Shown here piece after piece: positions 9,281-22,200 of a stretch of 64,000 nt of DNA. This DNA comes from Thecamonas trahens ATCC 50062. Taxonomy: Eukaryota > Protista > Apusomonadida. Below the pieces are notes generated by a model that saw only the letters and a list, made by a program, of their open reading frames with translations, ran no database searches and was not told where the DNA came from. Position numbers and translations under genes: made by a program. The first letter of the stretch is position 1, and each line of letters starts with the position of its first letter. Location of the stretch: the NCBI RefSeq assembly GCF_000142905.1, contig NW_013657647.1:124001-188000 (forward strand), written 5' to 3'.

Positions 9281-12200
9281 TTACCAGTCCGAGTCGGTCG
9301 CGAGGTCGAGCGGGAGTGCGTCGCCCGAGTCGTCGAGGTCAAGGTCGAGGTCAAGGTCGAGGCCAAGGTCAAGCGTGGTCTTGCGTGGCTCCTTTCCACC
9401 TCCGGGTGCCTCGCTGCCATCGCTTCCGCCAATACCGTCGTCGTCAGAGACGACGGCGACGTCGTCGTCTTCTCCGGGAATGTCGCTCCAGCCATCCGAA
9501 CCGGAGCCAACCGCGCGCGGAGTCGACCGCCGGGTCCCGGCTGGCGGCTCCCGCTTGGGAGGCATCGGACCGGGCATGTAGTCGGACGTTGTGGACGACG
9601 CCATGAACGACGAGATAGACGACGAGCTCGAGTTGGGTGTCTCCTCATCTTCGGGCCGCTCGTCGTTCCGCCGCCGGTACTCGCGGTACCACATGAGGAC
9701 TTGGGCGAGGTTGAAGATGACAAACACCAGCGGCGGGAGCACAAAGAGCGCCACTGACTTTTTGAGGACGAGCGTCAGTAGCGCGCACACAAATGTCCAC
9801 AGCAGCGACATGTCGAGCCCCATCTGGATGCCGTTGACCGACGGCGTCTTGAACGGCGGAAAGAAGAGAGTCACAATCGAGAGGGCCAGCGAGCACACAA
9901 TGCCCAGAAACGCGATGAGGTAGCCAGAAGTCGAGAGGAGAATGACGCTGAGGGTGAGCGCGACCTTGACCACCAGCAGCACCATGCCAAAGATGTAACC
10001 CTCGCGCGACGACTCTAGCGGGTGAGCGTGCTCGAAAAAGGTCATGGCGTCGTCGCGCCAGTTGAACGGGTTAAGCTTGACCTCGATCGACGAGAGCTCG
10101 CCGCCGACTCGCCAGAAGCGAAGCGCCACGACAAAAAGTACAAACCAAGCGCGCCGCCCACAATCGCCATCGGTGTGTGGCCCGAGCTCCAGCAGACCAA
10201 GCTCGTCGGCGTGTCCGGCGAGTTTGCAGTGGCGTCGGCGACCTTGGCGCGGCCGTCTCCCGGATCACTTACGCAGTCAAACGCGCCCGAGAGCGTCTGG
10301 AAGACCGGAAGAAACGCTGTCGATGCGAGGAGGCCCATGATAAACTCAAACGAAAGCCATCCCATCTTGAGTACCGCCGACCCCGGCCGCATGAACTTGG
10401 CCTTTTCAAATTTCTCCTGGACCTGGAACGCGCAGAGGAAGATGCCAGCAAGGACGGCGGCAACGGCAAAGCGGACCTCAAACGAGTCAAAGATGTCCGT
10501 AGTGCCGAGCGCAAGCAGCGCCTGCGTCGCCTTCTTCACCGACTCGTACTCGTCTGGCCACTTGATCGACGCCGTGAAGGCAAAGCCGACAAGCTGCAGG
10601 AACGAGATGATCATAAAGATGACCGATGAGATGAACCGGCAGCACGAGCCGTACCTATCCTTAATCCGGGTGATCTGCGACTCTTCGCGGCATTTGCCGC
10701 GCGCCACCACCCCGTACCGCCGCCACTGCGAGAGTGAACGGAAACCAATGTACGTCGAGACCCCGTACAGCGTTCCGCGATCCTCGACCACGGCGTTAAC
10801 ACCCTCGTGGTAGTCGTTAAACTCCGCGACCGGCGAGTCCGAGTCAGTGTCCCACACAAAGAGCTTGTTGCTCTTGGCGTCGCGCCCAAGAAGCACCTTG
10901 TCCTCGCCGGCAAGCTGCATCCACGCCACAGAGTGTGGCCCGCGGTAAATGCGGACCTTTTCTCCGGTAGAAAGCCGGAACGCGTAGATCGACCGGTGAC
11001 TCCGCTTGCCTTCTGCATACAGCCGGTCGGTCGAAGGCGAGACAAGCATGGATCCGATGCTGGCCCGGCCGGGCACCTCGATCTCGCGCGTAAGTTCCAG
11101 ATTCCGCTCCAAAGAGTACATCCGGATGGTCTTGGCAGCAACAATGAGATAGCCCTTGGTCGCCACCATCTGCGAAATCGACTCTGGCCGCCAGTACCCG
11201 CCTGACGCCTTGACGTGGCCCACAGGCAGCTTAAACCGTCGCTCGCCCGAGTTAAAGTCAAAGACCAGAATCTTACCCTCGCCGGCGGCAATGACCCACT
11301 CGGGATGGGTGGTGGGCACGACCGGCGCCACAAAGTCGGTGGCGTGGAACGGGTATGAGAGAACGAGCGAATTGTTGACCCCACTCCCGACGTCGAATCG
11401 GTACACACCATCGTGACCGACAAGGAGAAGCTCCTTGGACTCGGCCAGCACGGTGTAGTCGTCGTTAAAGTAGAGATCGGTGTCGCCATCGTCGATGATC
11501 TGCGAGAGCGGTTCAAGCGTCGACAGCTTCCACACCACGTACTTTTCCACGACTGAGTTGGACGACGACGCCACCAGGAGGTCGGCTTCGGGCACAAGTT
11601 TGAGCGTGGAGACAGACGCGCCCATCGGAAGCCGTGCCATCTCGGGAAAGCTGCCGTGCATGGCATACGCGATGACGTCACGCTCTTCGCCTCCAATCCA
11701 GAGCCACCCACGGTCATGGTCGATGGCAACGACGTTGATCGGAAGCCCGATGGACGAGACATAGGTTAGCAGCATCTCACCGGTGTTCGGTGCGATGGCG
11801 CGCGGCGGCGAGTGCCCATTCGTGTTGCCGATGATGACGTAGCCGAGTGGCGAGAGCGTCGACGCCACCATAGTCAGAGCGGTAAACTCTTCTTCGTTGG
11901 TGTACTCGCGCATGCCGTCCTGCAGCACCGTGTGGCTCCACAGCAACGGCGGGGCGACGCGGACAACGCCCCCCGACGACGGCGGAGGCACCGCAGCAGC
12001 ATGCTCGAAGCTCGACGTGCCCGAGCTCGAGCTCGAGTCGGACACCGGCGAAGCATCGCGCGCCGGCATCTCGGATGCAGCGCCGGCAACGTCGAACAGG
12101 CCCTGGATGTCAAAAGCAAGGACGTACTTGTTGATGGCCACAAACAGGGTATGCAGCTCAAGACTGAGGACCATGTCCTCGATGAGCTCGTAGCGACCCA

Positions 12201-13296
12201 TGCCTTCGAGCGAAGGCAGGGTGATGATGCGAAGCAGGGTCTCGGACGGCCAGTGCCAGACTCGGATCTCCGAGTCGCAAGAGCAGACAACAACCTCGTC
12301 ATTCTCACCTGTAAAGACAAGGTTCTGGACATCAGCATATGGGAGATCGGGGTGCTCGTTGATGGCGCCGATGAGCTCGCCAGACTCGACGTCAAAGAAC
12401 CGGACAAGCGGATCGTCATCGGCAGTGCAGACGGAGAAGACGACCGAGTTGTCGCGGACAAAGCCGACCGCGTCAATGTCGGCGCCGTGCCCACTCAGGA
12501 CATGGACCCGTTTGGCCGTCTCCCGGTTGAAGATATAGAGGTTGCGGTCAAAGCAGCCGGCGGCGACAAGAGTAGGTGAGACCGCCAGACACGACATGCC
12601 CTCACGGACCTCGTCCGACTCGTCTGAAGCCGACATCTCGACAGTCAGCGAGCCGCCGACATACTTGGCAACCTGCTTTCCGGTCCGCATGTTGAAAGCA
12701 TAGATGGCTGAGTCATCGACGGAACGGCAATCGGAGCCCCAAGCCTGCACAAAGGCGATGCGAGCCTCAGAGTCGACATGCAGGCTCCGGAGCGTCTTAC
12801 CGCCCTGAGGCTCGGGCAAAACTTCGATGGTGCGGACCACGAGTCCAGTTTTGAGATTCCACGCCTGGAGCTCGTGCCTCTGTGGTTGTAGTGATGGTTG
12901 ATGGTGGTGATGTTGATGGTGACAGGGGTGGTGGGGGTCATGGTCATGGCCATGTTCATGGCGGCAGTCAGTGCGGTGATGATGTGATGGTAATGGTGAG
13001 TGTAAGCGCGCCAGTTGCTTCCTTTGCAAGGAGACGAGGTCCGGGAAGAAAGGGGGCGGGCGGGGGAAAGGGGGGAGAGAAGGCAGGGAAGGGAGTGGGG
13101 GGCGTACATTGGTGGTGTAGAGAAAGTCATCATCGGCAGCCATGGTGACGAAAGCCCCCTCGTAGAGCATCAACTCATGGCCTGTGGTGGGGTGGAAGGC
13201 AGCTACGCGTGCGTCAATGGCCTGGAAGACAATGTCATCGGTGGCAGCAAGGCTGGGCAGACGGGGTCGGACATACGTCGTCTTCCGTTCAGCCAT
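9281..13296 (-). CDS. WD40/beta-propeller repeat protein with a C-terminal multi-pass transmembrane domain; intron 12880-13107 and apparent frameshift near 10133
   Basis: WD-like repeats (LSGHGADIDAVGF, VRFFDVESG, IRVWHW, LFVWDT, YHEGVNAV). Several hydrophobic helices from IISFLQLVGFAF onward, continuing in ORF 9281-10129. Removing the GT..AG intron joins FLYTTN to RHELQAWNLKTG. Confidence 0.75.
12880..13107 (-). other. Spliceosomal intron (228 nt, in frame, no stop codons)
   Basis: Minus strand begins GTACGC and ends CACAG, with an internal ACTGAC branch-like motif. The conceptual translation is a low-complexity Pro/His run that interrupts a WD repeat. Confidence 0.7.
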
Positions 13297-13561
13297 GGTC
13301 ACTCCACAAGCCACTCGTCCTTTCTTCTTGCACAAGATGACGGGGCGGTGTGGTTGGCCTGTTCTCCTCCCTCCAGCTGTGCAGCAGATGGAGCGAAGCC
13401 AAGTGGCGGGAGCAGGGGGGGGGGGGGGAGAGGAACTGTCGCGGTCGAGTGACCACGGCCACGCCGCCACACATTGCAACAAACTGGTGACGGCTACGGC
13501 TGCAATCTCCGATCCACAGTGGTAGCCAGTCATCCCACTATACATTGTCTACGTGTAGGTT

Positions 13562-15247
13562 TTAACGCCCCTTGGGCTTGGCCCACTCGTTCGGGTTGCG
13601 CTTGCCGTAGCCGATCTTCGACCGGGCGTAACGCTTGGTCTTGGCCTTGGCGCCGGTAAAGTGCGTCATGACGTCCGGGTCGAGCACCGAGTTCTTCTTG
13701 CCCGACCGCTGCCAGTTGATGCCGGTCTTGTGGAGCATGTCCTCACGGAGCACCATGTCCTCACCCTTCTTACCGCCCTTGGGCTTGGGGATCGAGTACT
13801 TGGTCCCGCGCAAGTTGTAGTTCTTGCGGTAGCCGCCGCGGAGCTTGACCTTGCCGTTGGCACCGACCTCGATGGCCACCTTGATGAGCGCCTGGTTACC
13901 ACATGTTCCGCAAAAGATGCGCTCAGCGTTGAGCTCGATGGCGCCACACGCGTGGCACCGCTTGCCAAACTGCTTGACCTTGCCGATCGCCATGCCGTCG
14001 ATAGAGACCAGCCGCAGCCCAAGCTGCAGGATCACGTTCTGCATGGCAAAGTCTGTGGTGACGACACCGACCTGGCCCGCCAGCGACGACGCGCTTGTCA
14101 CCGTCCGGTCGCCCATGATGACCTTAAAGTTAGCCGGCGAAATGAAGACGTCAAAAGGCGAGGTCGGCGCAGTCTTGGTCGCAACCTTGCCCTTGCCCTC
14201 GCCCTTGCCCTTGCCCTTGCTCCCGGACTCGGCCTTGGCCTCGTTCTTCGGCTCGGCTGGCGCGGCTGGCTCGGCCTCGTCTTGATCGTCGGCTTCGACT
14301 CCAGCTGCGGGCTTATCCTCGGCGCCCTCGACTGCATCCTCAGCGGGTGCATCAGGCGCGGCCTCCTTGGCCTCGAGGGCAGCCTTCCTCTCCCTGGCTG
14401 CGGCGCGGCGCCGCTGGCGCGCCCGGCGGCGCGCCCGGTTGCGCGCGGTCTTCTTTGCCTTCCGCTCAGCTTCGGTGCTGACCTGCGCCTTGGCAGCCTT
14501 TGAAAGCGAGCCGCGCCACGAAGACTGCGGCTCGGTTTTGAGGTTTGCCGTCCCGTTAAACTCGTACTCGTACTGCCAGGTAAGCGCAATGACCTTGAGA
14601 TCCGCGACCGAGAGTGCGGCAAAGTCGCCGGTCTTGCGGGCAAAGTTGGCGACGGCAGCAACGGCCTCGGCCGACGGCTCGCGTACAACAAGCTCGTCGG
14701 GCATGAGGCGCATCTGCTTCCGCGAGTGCCGATCCTTGATTTCCTGCACCACCTCGGGCACCGTGTAGAAGGTCTTGGCCATGTCACGCAAGTTGGCGCC
14801 CTTGATCAGCGCGCCCGAGTCGACCACCAGCCGCTCGAGCAGGTTCTCCTCGCCAGCAAACGAGACCTTCTTCCCGCCTTGTGCACCCATGCCGTCCACA
14901 TCCGCACCAGCACCATCCCCACCTTGGACTTCCTCCTCGCCAATGCTGTCCTTGTTGGCAATATCGCCGTGCATGCCTCCAGGACCCATACCTGGTCCAG
15001 CCCACACCAGCGGACCATCCACGGGTTCATCCAAGGCTGCGATCTTTGCCCAGGAGGAGCCACCGGGAACGACGACTGGGACCGGGTCCACAGGCGTAGG
15101 CACGCCTTCTATCTCGACCTCTTCCTCCTCTTCAATATCTACCTGTGTGGCCTCCACATTCGGCTCGTACGTCTCTCCCATGGCCGTCACAGGCGTCACC
15201 AGCACCGCCACCGTCTCATCTTCCTCGGCGTCAGCAAATCGCGACAT
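13562..15247 (-). CDS. NOB1: NOB1 20S pre-rRNA D-site endonuclease (PIN domain + zinc ribbon)
   Basis: LVVDSGALIKG, VPEVVQEIKD, KTGDFAALSVADLKVIALT (PIN domain); TTDFAMQNVILQLGL; RCHAC...FCGTCGN; NLRGTKYSIPKPKGG. Confidence 0.95.
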   Translation of the reverse strand: MSRFADAEEDETVAVLVTPVTAMGETYEPNVEATQVDIEEEEEVEIEGVPTPVDPVPVVVPGGSSWAKIAALDEPVDGPLVWAGPGMGPGGMHGDIANKDSIGEEEVQGGDGAGADVDGMGAQGGKKVSFAGEENLLERLVVDSGALIKGANLRDMAKTFYTVPEVVQEIKDRHSRKQMRLMPDELVVREPSAEAVAAVANFARKTGDFAALSVADLKVIALTWQYEYEFNGTANLKTEPQSSWRGSLSKAAKAQVSTEAERKAKKTARNRARRRARQRRRAAARERKAALEAKEAAPDAPAEDAVEGAEDKPAAGVEADDQDEAEPAAPAEPKNEAKAESGSKGKGKGEGKGKVATKTAPTSPFDVFISPANFKVIMGDRTVTSASSLAGQVGVVTTDFAMQNVILQLGLRLVSIDGMAIGKVKQFGKRCHACGAIELNAERIFCGTCGNQALIKVAIEVGANGKVKLRGGYRKNYNLRGTKYSIPKPKGGKKGEDMVLREDMLHKTGINWQRSGKKNSVLDPDVMTHFTGAKAKTKRYARSKIGYGKRNPNEWAKPKGR

Positions 15248-15585
15248 GAATCAACCCAAACCAATCGAGTCGAATGGATGCACCACCGCCGGCCAACGAC
15301 TCCGCCGCCCACCGACCGGCCGGCCCACCAACCACCGACCGGCCGGCCCACCAACCACCGCCTAGCCCACATCCCTCTCACACCACCCAGCGCCCGAAAA
15401 GCAGCGGGGACAAGGTGTGTGTAGAGAGAGGAGGGGGGGGGAGGTTTATGTTCTCGCCACGCCCACCTGTGACAGAGAGTGGCCAAAAGCCGCCGTTCCC
15501 CTTGCCAGGACGGACGGCTCGGCTGCCATCGCCGCTGGCCCGGGTCCGACCGGTACGTCGCCCAAGAGCTGCTACGGCTGCTGAT

Positions 15586-17165
15586 ATGCCATCGCCATCG
15601 ACTTTGGCCCTGCCACCTGGTCTCTCCGAGTATCAGAAGCAGGTGCGGGCCGAGGAGCAGGCCCGTAGAGTACGGATCAAGGCCGAGGTCCAGCGCCATC
15701 TCGTCCGGCCGCCGCTGGTGGCTGCCATCGCTCCTGCTGCTGCGCACCGCAAACAGGCTGTACATGCAAGATCGGGAGATTCTAGGCAGTCGCCGAGGCG
15801 TGGCCGGCGGACAAGCCGAGCAAGAGCTGCCAGAGGTGTCGGCGCTGCAAAGGGAAAAGCCAAGAGCAAGAGCAAGGCCGCCTCCTCACATGCCGATCAG
15901 CTCGAGACGCCACCAGCCTCGGTTGTCTTTGCGCCTGATGCGTGGGACGACCAGCTGCTCGAGCGGCCAGTCTCATCGCGGGAAATGTATCCGGACGCTG
16001 CAGTGTATGTGGCGTCGACGGCACACTATGCAGGCGCGGCAGACCTGCACGACTTTCGATCCAAGGCCATGATCCGCATCGACGACGCCGACGACGCCTC
16101 GTCGGTCGACACCGACTTGGGCCACATCGACCGAATCCACCACATCAAGAAGCGCTCAAATAATCAGACCCACGACCTCCGCACTGACTACCACGAGGTC
16201 TCGGTTCAGATGCTGCGGGCCAAGCACCGGCGTGAGCGTGCGGCGCGCACCGCGGCGCAGCAGGCAGAGGCTATGGCTGCCATCCAGGCGGCCGAGGACA
16301 AACGCATCGGCATCGAAGAGCAGTACATGACCCGCAAGCGACTTGCTACCCGCCGGCGCAAACAGATGCTGGCGGTCGAGCGCGGCATTGACAACCTGCT
16401 GGGCATGGAGGCCACCGCTCTGCACGCCATCCGCACGGCTGCACAGCTGCGCCCGAACCCCGAGGCCGACACCCGGCCGGAGCGCGACATCTTTGACTCG
16501 TTTGTTTACATCAAGGAGGAGCCAACGGTATGGATGTCGGCTATGAAGGGCGACACCGCCATGCTTACCAAGCTCATCGAGAAAACAAGGTCGACATCAA
16601 CACCCGCGACCCGTCATCGGGTGAGACTGGGCTCTTTGCCGCTATCCGGGCCGGATACACCTACCTTGCCGAGTACCTCCTCGACCACGGTGCATCTTCA
16701 ACAGCCCGCGACAACATGGGCACCTCGCCGCTGCATCTCTGTGGCACTTACGCCGCGCCCGAGGCGCTCATGCGCCGAGTCATCGGCGGCGGAGCTGACA
16801 TCAACGCCGCCGACAAGTTTGGCACCACCCCGCTCATGGCTGCCACCCAAGCAGCGCAAATTGACGCCGTCTCATCGCTCCTTCGCCTTGGTGCCGACGC
16901 CACGCACAAGAACGTGGCCGGCGAGACCGCCTTCGACCTTGCTTCGTCGCTCGCCGACAACCAAGTCAACGACGACATGCGCTCGCGGCTCAACATCATC
17001 AAGGACATGCTGCGCCCGTCGCTGCCCAAGGTGACCAAGCAGGCATCGGCGCTGTCGTTGCCGCACAGCTTGCGCAAGCGCTCAAGCACCGTTTCATTTG
17101 CGGCCAAAAGGTCACGTTCTAGCCACGCTCAGGTCGAGCTCGGCCTGACGGAGCGCGTGCCGTAG
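15586..17165 (+). CDS. Ankyrin-repeat protein with N-terminal coiled coil; apparent frameshift near 16582
   Basis: TVWMSAMKGDTAMLTKLIE continues in the -1 frame as NKVDINTRDPSSGETGLFAAIRAG...GTSPLHL...DINAADKFGTTPLMAA...GETAFDLA (ankyrin consensus). Start codon uncertain; 15448 is also possible. Confidence 0.75.
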
Positions 17166-18758
17166 CCGCTGCACCTCGCTCGTCAGCGAATCCTTCTCAG
17201 CCTGCAAATCAGCAATATGCTCATCTTTGGAGGCAATTGTGGCCCACAGTGAACTCACCTCGCCCTCCAGCCGCGCGTTTTCCGACGACAGCCGGTCAGC
17301 GCGGTCGTTGGCCTCGGTCGCAGCCTCGGTCATAGCTGCGGTCATCTCGGCCGCAGTCATCTCGGTACCTTCCCCTCCGCAGGCCTCCTCGGCTGACCGC
17401 TGCGAGCGCGCACTGAGTGGCGGAAGCGAGGTCAACGACGGCAAGCCTGTCCGTGACGTCGAGCCGATCGAGATCGACATTCGCCGCCCCGCCGACGCCC
17501 GAGCCTCCATGGCGCCGAGCCGGATGCGAAAGTTGTCAGCCTTGGCTTGCTCGCGCATCTCGGCTTCGCGCAACTTGCGCTGCATCTCTGACAGCTGCTT
17601 GTACGCGTTCTCGTAGTGGGCGAGCACCGACTCGTATCGCAGTCGAAGTGAGTCGCGCTCGCCCTGGACCCGCTCCAGTGCCTCCTGCACCTCGGCCAGC
17701 GCCTCGGGCGAGACTCCGCCGCCACCACTTACAATCGAGTTAGCACCTGTGGTCGCCGCTGACACAGACGGCATCACCATCACCGTCTCCTCAGCGCCGC
17801 TCGCTTCATAACTCTCTTCGTATGAGTGATAGCTGTATGAGGCCGATGTCGAGCTGGTGCAGCTGGAGCTCGAGCCCGAGCCCTGGTTAGACTCTGGCCG
17901 TGTTGTCTCTTGTGAACTCGACCTGTGGTTGTCGTCCGCCACAAGTGCCTGCGACCAGGTCTTGGACCGGGAAAAGTTGGATCGAGACATGAGACGGCCA
18001 GTAGTCTTGGCACCCCCAACTGCCTCAGCCGCCGCGGCCTCCCCGCCCTCCTCCAATATGCCGGAAACCTCGCGCACCGGCTCAAGAGTGAACGAGTCGC
18101 TCAGCCGCGAGATGATCGATGGCGGGCGTCGATTGGCATCATGAATTGTGCGGGCATTGCCTTCACCTGTCCTTGAGCCATCTGAACCGCTCGAAACGAC
18201 CGCGCTGGTCTCGCTGTCGGGGTTATCGGCCACACGATCGACCGCACCAACTCGGCGCGACTTGGCCTTGGTCTTGGCCTGGGCCTGAGCCTTCTTCTGC
18301 GCTTTCGGCCGGCGGCCTACACGTCGCCTCACTCTGCGCGTCTTTCTGACACGTGGCGGCAAGAAGGCAGCGACATCGGGATCAGCCCGCGGCCTGAGCG
18401 AAAAGGCGAGCGGGATGCTCCCGTCGGGACGGACAGCGAGAGCAAGACGCTCATAGTCTGCAGCAAGGCGGGCGAGTGCAGCCTTTGCCCGCTCTGCCGT
18501 TCCCGCCGACTTTTGCGCCATGTCCAGCTCTGCTGTCAGACGATCATTGGCAGTCCTCAGCGTCTCGTTGGTGACAAGCAGGCGCGAGACGAGGTCGTCG
18601 GTAGTGAGTCTGGCCAGGTCGGGCTCAGCCGCCACCGCCGGGCCGATCACCGCAGCCCTACCCACCACCCTAGGCAAGAATGACGCATACTGTGCCGGAC
18701 GGTGCGTCATAGTGTGCGTCCCCAGAGTGGGGTAAAGGTGAGTGAGGTATCCCGCCAT
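17112..18758 (-). CDS. Hypothetical coiled-coil protein
   Basis: Long ORF with three heptad-rich segments (LRTANDRLTAEL, LAEVQEALERVQGERDSL, LSSENARLEGEV). Start at MAGYLTHLY is assumed. Its 3' end overlaps the ankyrin gene by 54 bp. Confidence 0.6.
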   Translation of the reverse strand: MAGYLTHLYPTLGTHTMTHRPAQYASFLPRVVGRAAVIGPAVAAEPDLARLTTDDLVSRLLVTNETLRTANDRLTAELDMAQKSAGTAERAKAALARLAADYERLALAVRPDGSIPLAFSLRPRADPDVAAFLPPRVRKTRRVRRRVGRRPKAQKKAQAQAKTKAKSRRVGAVDRVADNPDSETSAVVSSGSDGSRTGEGNARTIHDANRRPPSIISRLSDSFTLEPVREVSGILEEGGEAAAAEAVGGAKTTGRLMSRSNFSRSKTWSQALVADDNHRSSSQETTRPESNQGSGSSSSCTSSTSASYSYHSYEESYEASGAEETVMVMPSVSAATTGANSIVSGGGGVSPEALAEVQEALERVQGERDSLRLRYESVLAHYENAYKQLSEMQRKLREAEMREQAKADNFRIRLGAMEARASAGRRMSISIGSTSRTGLPSLTSLPPLSARSQRSAEEACGGEGTEMTAAEMTAAMTEAATEANDRADRLSSENARLEGEVSSLWATIASKDEHIADLQAEKDSLTSEVQRLRHALRQAELDLSVART

Positions 18759-19279
18759 CCCGCCCGCCTCTCCTGCCTGCCCGCCTGCCTCCACGCTAAC
18801 CTTCCCGCCAGCTCCGCCCCCCCGCCACCCCGCAGCGGTCGAGGCGCCGGCGTAGCCCGAGGCCGACGCTGACGAGGCAAACGTGGTGTGCCTACCCGGA
18901 GTCGGGTCGAGGTACGACGCCGCCGCCGGACGCTGCGAGTACGGCACATTCGGCTCGGTCGCCGGCCATGTAGGCCGCAAGCGTCGGGGCGCGGGCGGCG
19001 AGCTCTGGTGACGGCGAACGCGCCGGCGAGGTGCGCGCCGGCAGGCCGTATGCATCGGTGTGGCGCTGATAAAGTGAAGTGTTGTCTTGCGGGAGTCCGA
19101 GCGAGGCCGTCAGCGGCGTGCGCGGCGGAAAGAGGCCAACGTCGTCCGACTGCGTCGGCGGGCGAGAGATCCAGAGCGANNNNNNNNNNNNNNNNNNNNN
19201 NNNNNNNNNNNNNNNNNNNNNNNNNNNNNNNNNNNNNNNNNNNNNNNNNNNNNNNNNNNNNNNNNNNNNNNNNNNNNNN

Positions 19280-22200
19280 CAACCAGTATGCTGTCGCCAT
19301 GCAAGTCATCCGCAACACCCTCCGCCCGCCCATCGACCAGATGCCCGACCGCCCGACCGCCATTCGCTCGCTCGCCCAGCGGTGCTGGCACGTCGAAGCG
19401 CTCCAGCGCCCCACCTTTGAGCGCATCCTCGCCACCCTTCAGGCCCAGGCCGGCTCGCAAATGCCCACCAACGCTCCGCGCGTCGACATTGCTGAAGTGC
19501 CCATGGGTGCCGTCTTTGTCGCAAACGTCAAGCTCAAGTACATGTCCGAGTGGGGCCTCATCCTCACCTCGTCCGAGTTCTCACGCGGCGTCCTTCTCTT
19601 CCAGGACATCGTCAAGCAAGTAGCCAAGGACACCTCTGGCTTCATCTGGATGCGCCACATCGACCAGTTCTGCGTCGCCTTTCAGACCGGCGCCCAACTG
19701 ATCAAGTTTTGCGCTGGCGTCCAGCGCTCCATGATGGATGCAAAGTGGGGGCCGGCCATCCTCGAGTCCCCCATCGGCCGTCCGCGCGTCACCATCCCGG
19801 TCTATCATACAAAACCCAAGGCCACAGACGCCTCGGTTCCCAAGCTGTACGAACAGCAGGAGAGTCTCGTACTCTCGTCCTCCATGCCTGTCGAACACGA
19901 CGGTGTAGAGGGACAGGAGTCCGCCTCGCTCTCGCTCTCCTCGTCGGGTGACGCAGACTACTCGGGTCCGCCCTCGGCCTCGGTCTCGCCCTCGGCCTCG
20001 GCTTCACACTCGGCGTCGCCCTCGACGTCGCGGGACGGCTTGGCCTCGGACGTGGCCTCGGACTCGGCCTCAGCCTCATCACTGCAAGACTGCGTCGAGG
20101 CGGTCCTGGCTGATACCTCTACCCCCACGCCCCCCACGCTTGACATGCCAATGCCCGATCCTGCGGAGTCTGAGCCGCATCCCGATTCGGACGCCAGGAC
20201 TGCGGCCAAAGCTCGGGAAAAGGCTAAGGCCAAGGCAAGAGCCAAGGCAAAGGCAAAAGCCCGCGCCCGTGCAAAGGCCAAGGCAAAGACAAAAGACAAG
20301 GCAAAGGCCCGTGCCCGCGCAAAGGCCGAGGCAAAGGCCCGCGCCGCAAAGTCGCGCTCTAGAACCGCCAAGAACAAGAAGGGCTCGTCCGGTGAGGCCG
20401 ATGCAGACGACGCCCGTGTCCGAGCAAAGGCCCGCGCCAGAGCAAAGGCAAAAGCAAAAGCCAAGGCCAAACTCAAGGCCAAGGCTAGGAAGGCCAAGAC
20501 GACCAAGAAGAGTCTCAAGGCTGGAACCCGTGCGTCGCCGACAAAGTCGCGCCGCGCGAGCTCGGAAAAGCCGCCGCGGGGCCGCAAGTCGGAACAGCGG
20601 AAGGACGCCAAGGCACGAGCGCGAGCAAAGGCAAAGGCAAAGACAAAGGCAAAGGCAAGAGCCAAGGCGCGGGCCAAGGCCGGAAAGGCCAAGTCCCAGC
20701 CCAAGTCACAGACCCGGTCGCGGGTGTCGGCCAGCGCCAGGCCGCCGTCGGGCCGCCGCAAGTCAAAGACGTCGCAGAAGAGCAGCCGCAAGTCGGACTC
20801 GATGAACGGGCGGGCGTTGCCAACACTCAACACGACTGGTACCTCGTCGCTGACCCGGTCCAAGAACTCGCTCTCGCACTCGGTCTCGCTCTCGGCGTCC
20901 GTCACCATGTCTGGCTCGCAGACGGTCGGAGGAAGCCGTCGGCGCGGTCTTGGTGACATGTCATACACGTACGAGGAGATCGAATACTCGGCAAGTGTGT
21001 ACTCGGACGAGCTCTCGCAGTATGGCTCATCGTCGGAGGGCGGTGAGAGCGAGCACGGAGCATCGAACCATTCGAACCTGTCGACGGCGCGGTCGGGCGG
21101 TCTCACAGGCTCGACGGCACTCACCACTGACCGCTCGCACTGCTCGCCGCGCTCGGCAGCCGGGCTGCGGCGGCATGCGTCCGTCAAAAAGTCGCCGCGG
21201 TTGTCCAAGAACTCACGGGCGTCGACTGCCCGCGAAGACGACGAGGAAGTTGTTCTCGCCGGCATGGCGGTCGGCATTACCGTGCACTACGGCATCATGC
21301 GGACGCACCGCGACATGAAGACCGACGCCATCTACTACACCCACGCCGGCCTCGACCTCATCGAGTCGCTGCAAGCGCTCTGCCAGTCGGGTCAGACTCT
21401 TGTCTCCTCGGCGGCGTGCTCATCCAAAGAGGTTGTCGCCGAGCTCGCTGCAGGGCACGACGTCAATGTGTCCGACCTCGTCGAGCTGAGGTCGTGGCCG
21501 CCCGAGCTCGGTACCCTCTTCACGTACTCGCTCTCGTCAACCTCGCCGCGGCTCCCGTACATGTCGGTCCAGCTGCCGGGCGTGCCGCAGCGCAACTTTG
21601 CTGCCATTGTCGACGAGACATCCGAGGAAGAGGGCGAGACCTCCTGGTCGTCGCTTCAAGGCTCAGGGTTGCCGGGCACAGCCCAGGTCTCGGCACAGTC
21701 GCATGCGACATCGCTTTCCCCAGGTGTGCCGTCGGCGGCCATGCTCACTCCGGGCGGGCCGGACGAGACCGCGCCCGCAGTCACGATGCGGAGCTCGGCC
21801 GCTACCGGCGAGGCGAGCGTTCCTGGTTCAGGACCAGCGCTTGCTGCCAGCGGAACGCTACCGACGTCGTCGATGAGCATGGCGCTCGCGCCGGTGGGCG
21901 AGGACTCGAACCTAGTGCTCCACGACTCGTACGCGGCGCATCGGCCGCCACCATCGCAACGCCCGCCGTGGTCGCCGCTCCTCACACCCTCGCCGTGGCT
22001 CGCAGAGCCATACGAGCTGCATCTCATCGAGCGGGTTGGCGTCGGCTCGTATGCCACCACATGGCGTGGCGCGTGGCGCGGCTCCGAGGTCTGCATCAAG
22101 GTCTTTCTCCTGCAACAGCTCATGCCGCGCGAGCTCGTGGCCCTTGTCTGCCAGTTTCTCGAGTACCGGCGGCTGACTGTCGGCGCCGGCGCGACGTCAG

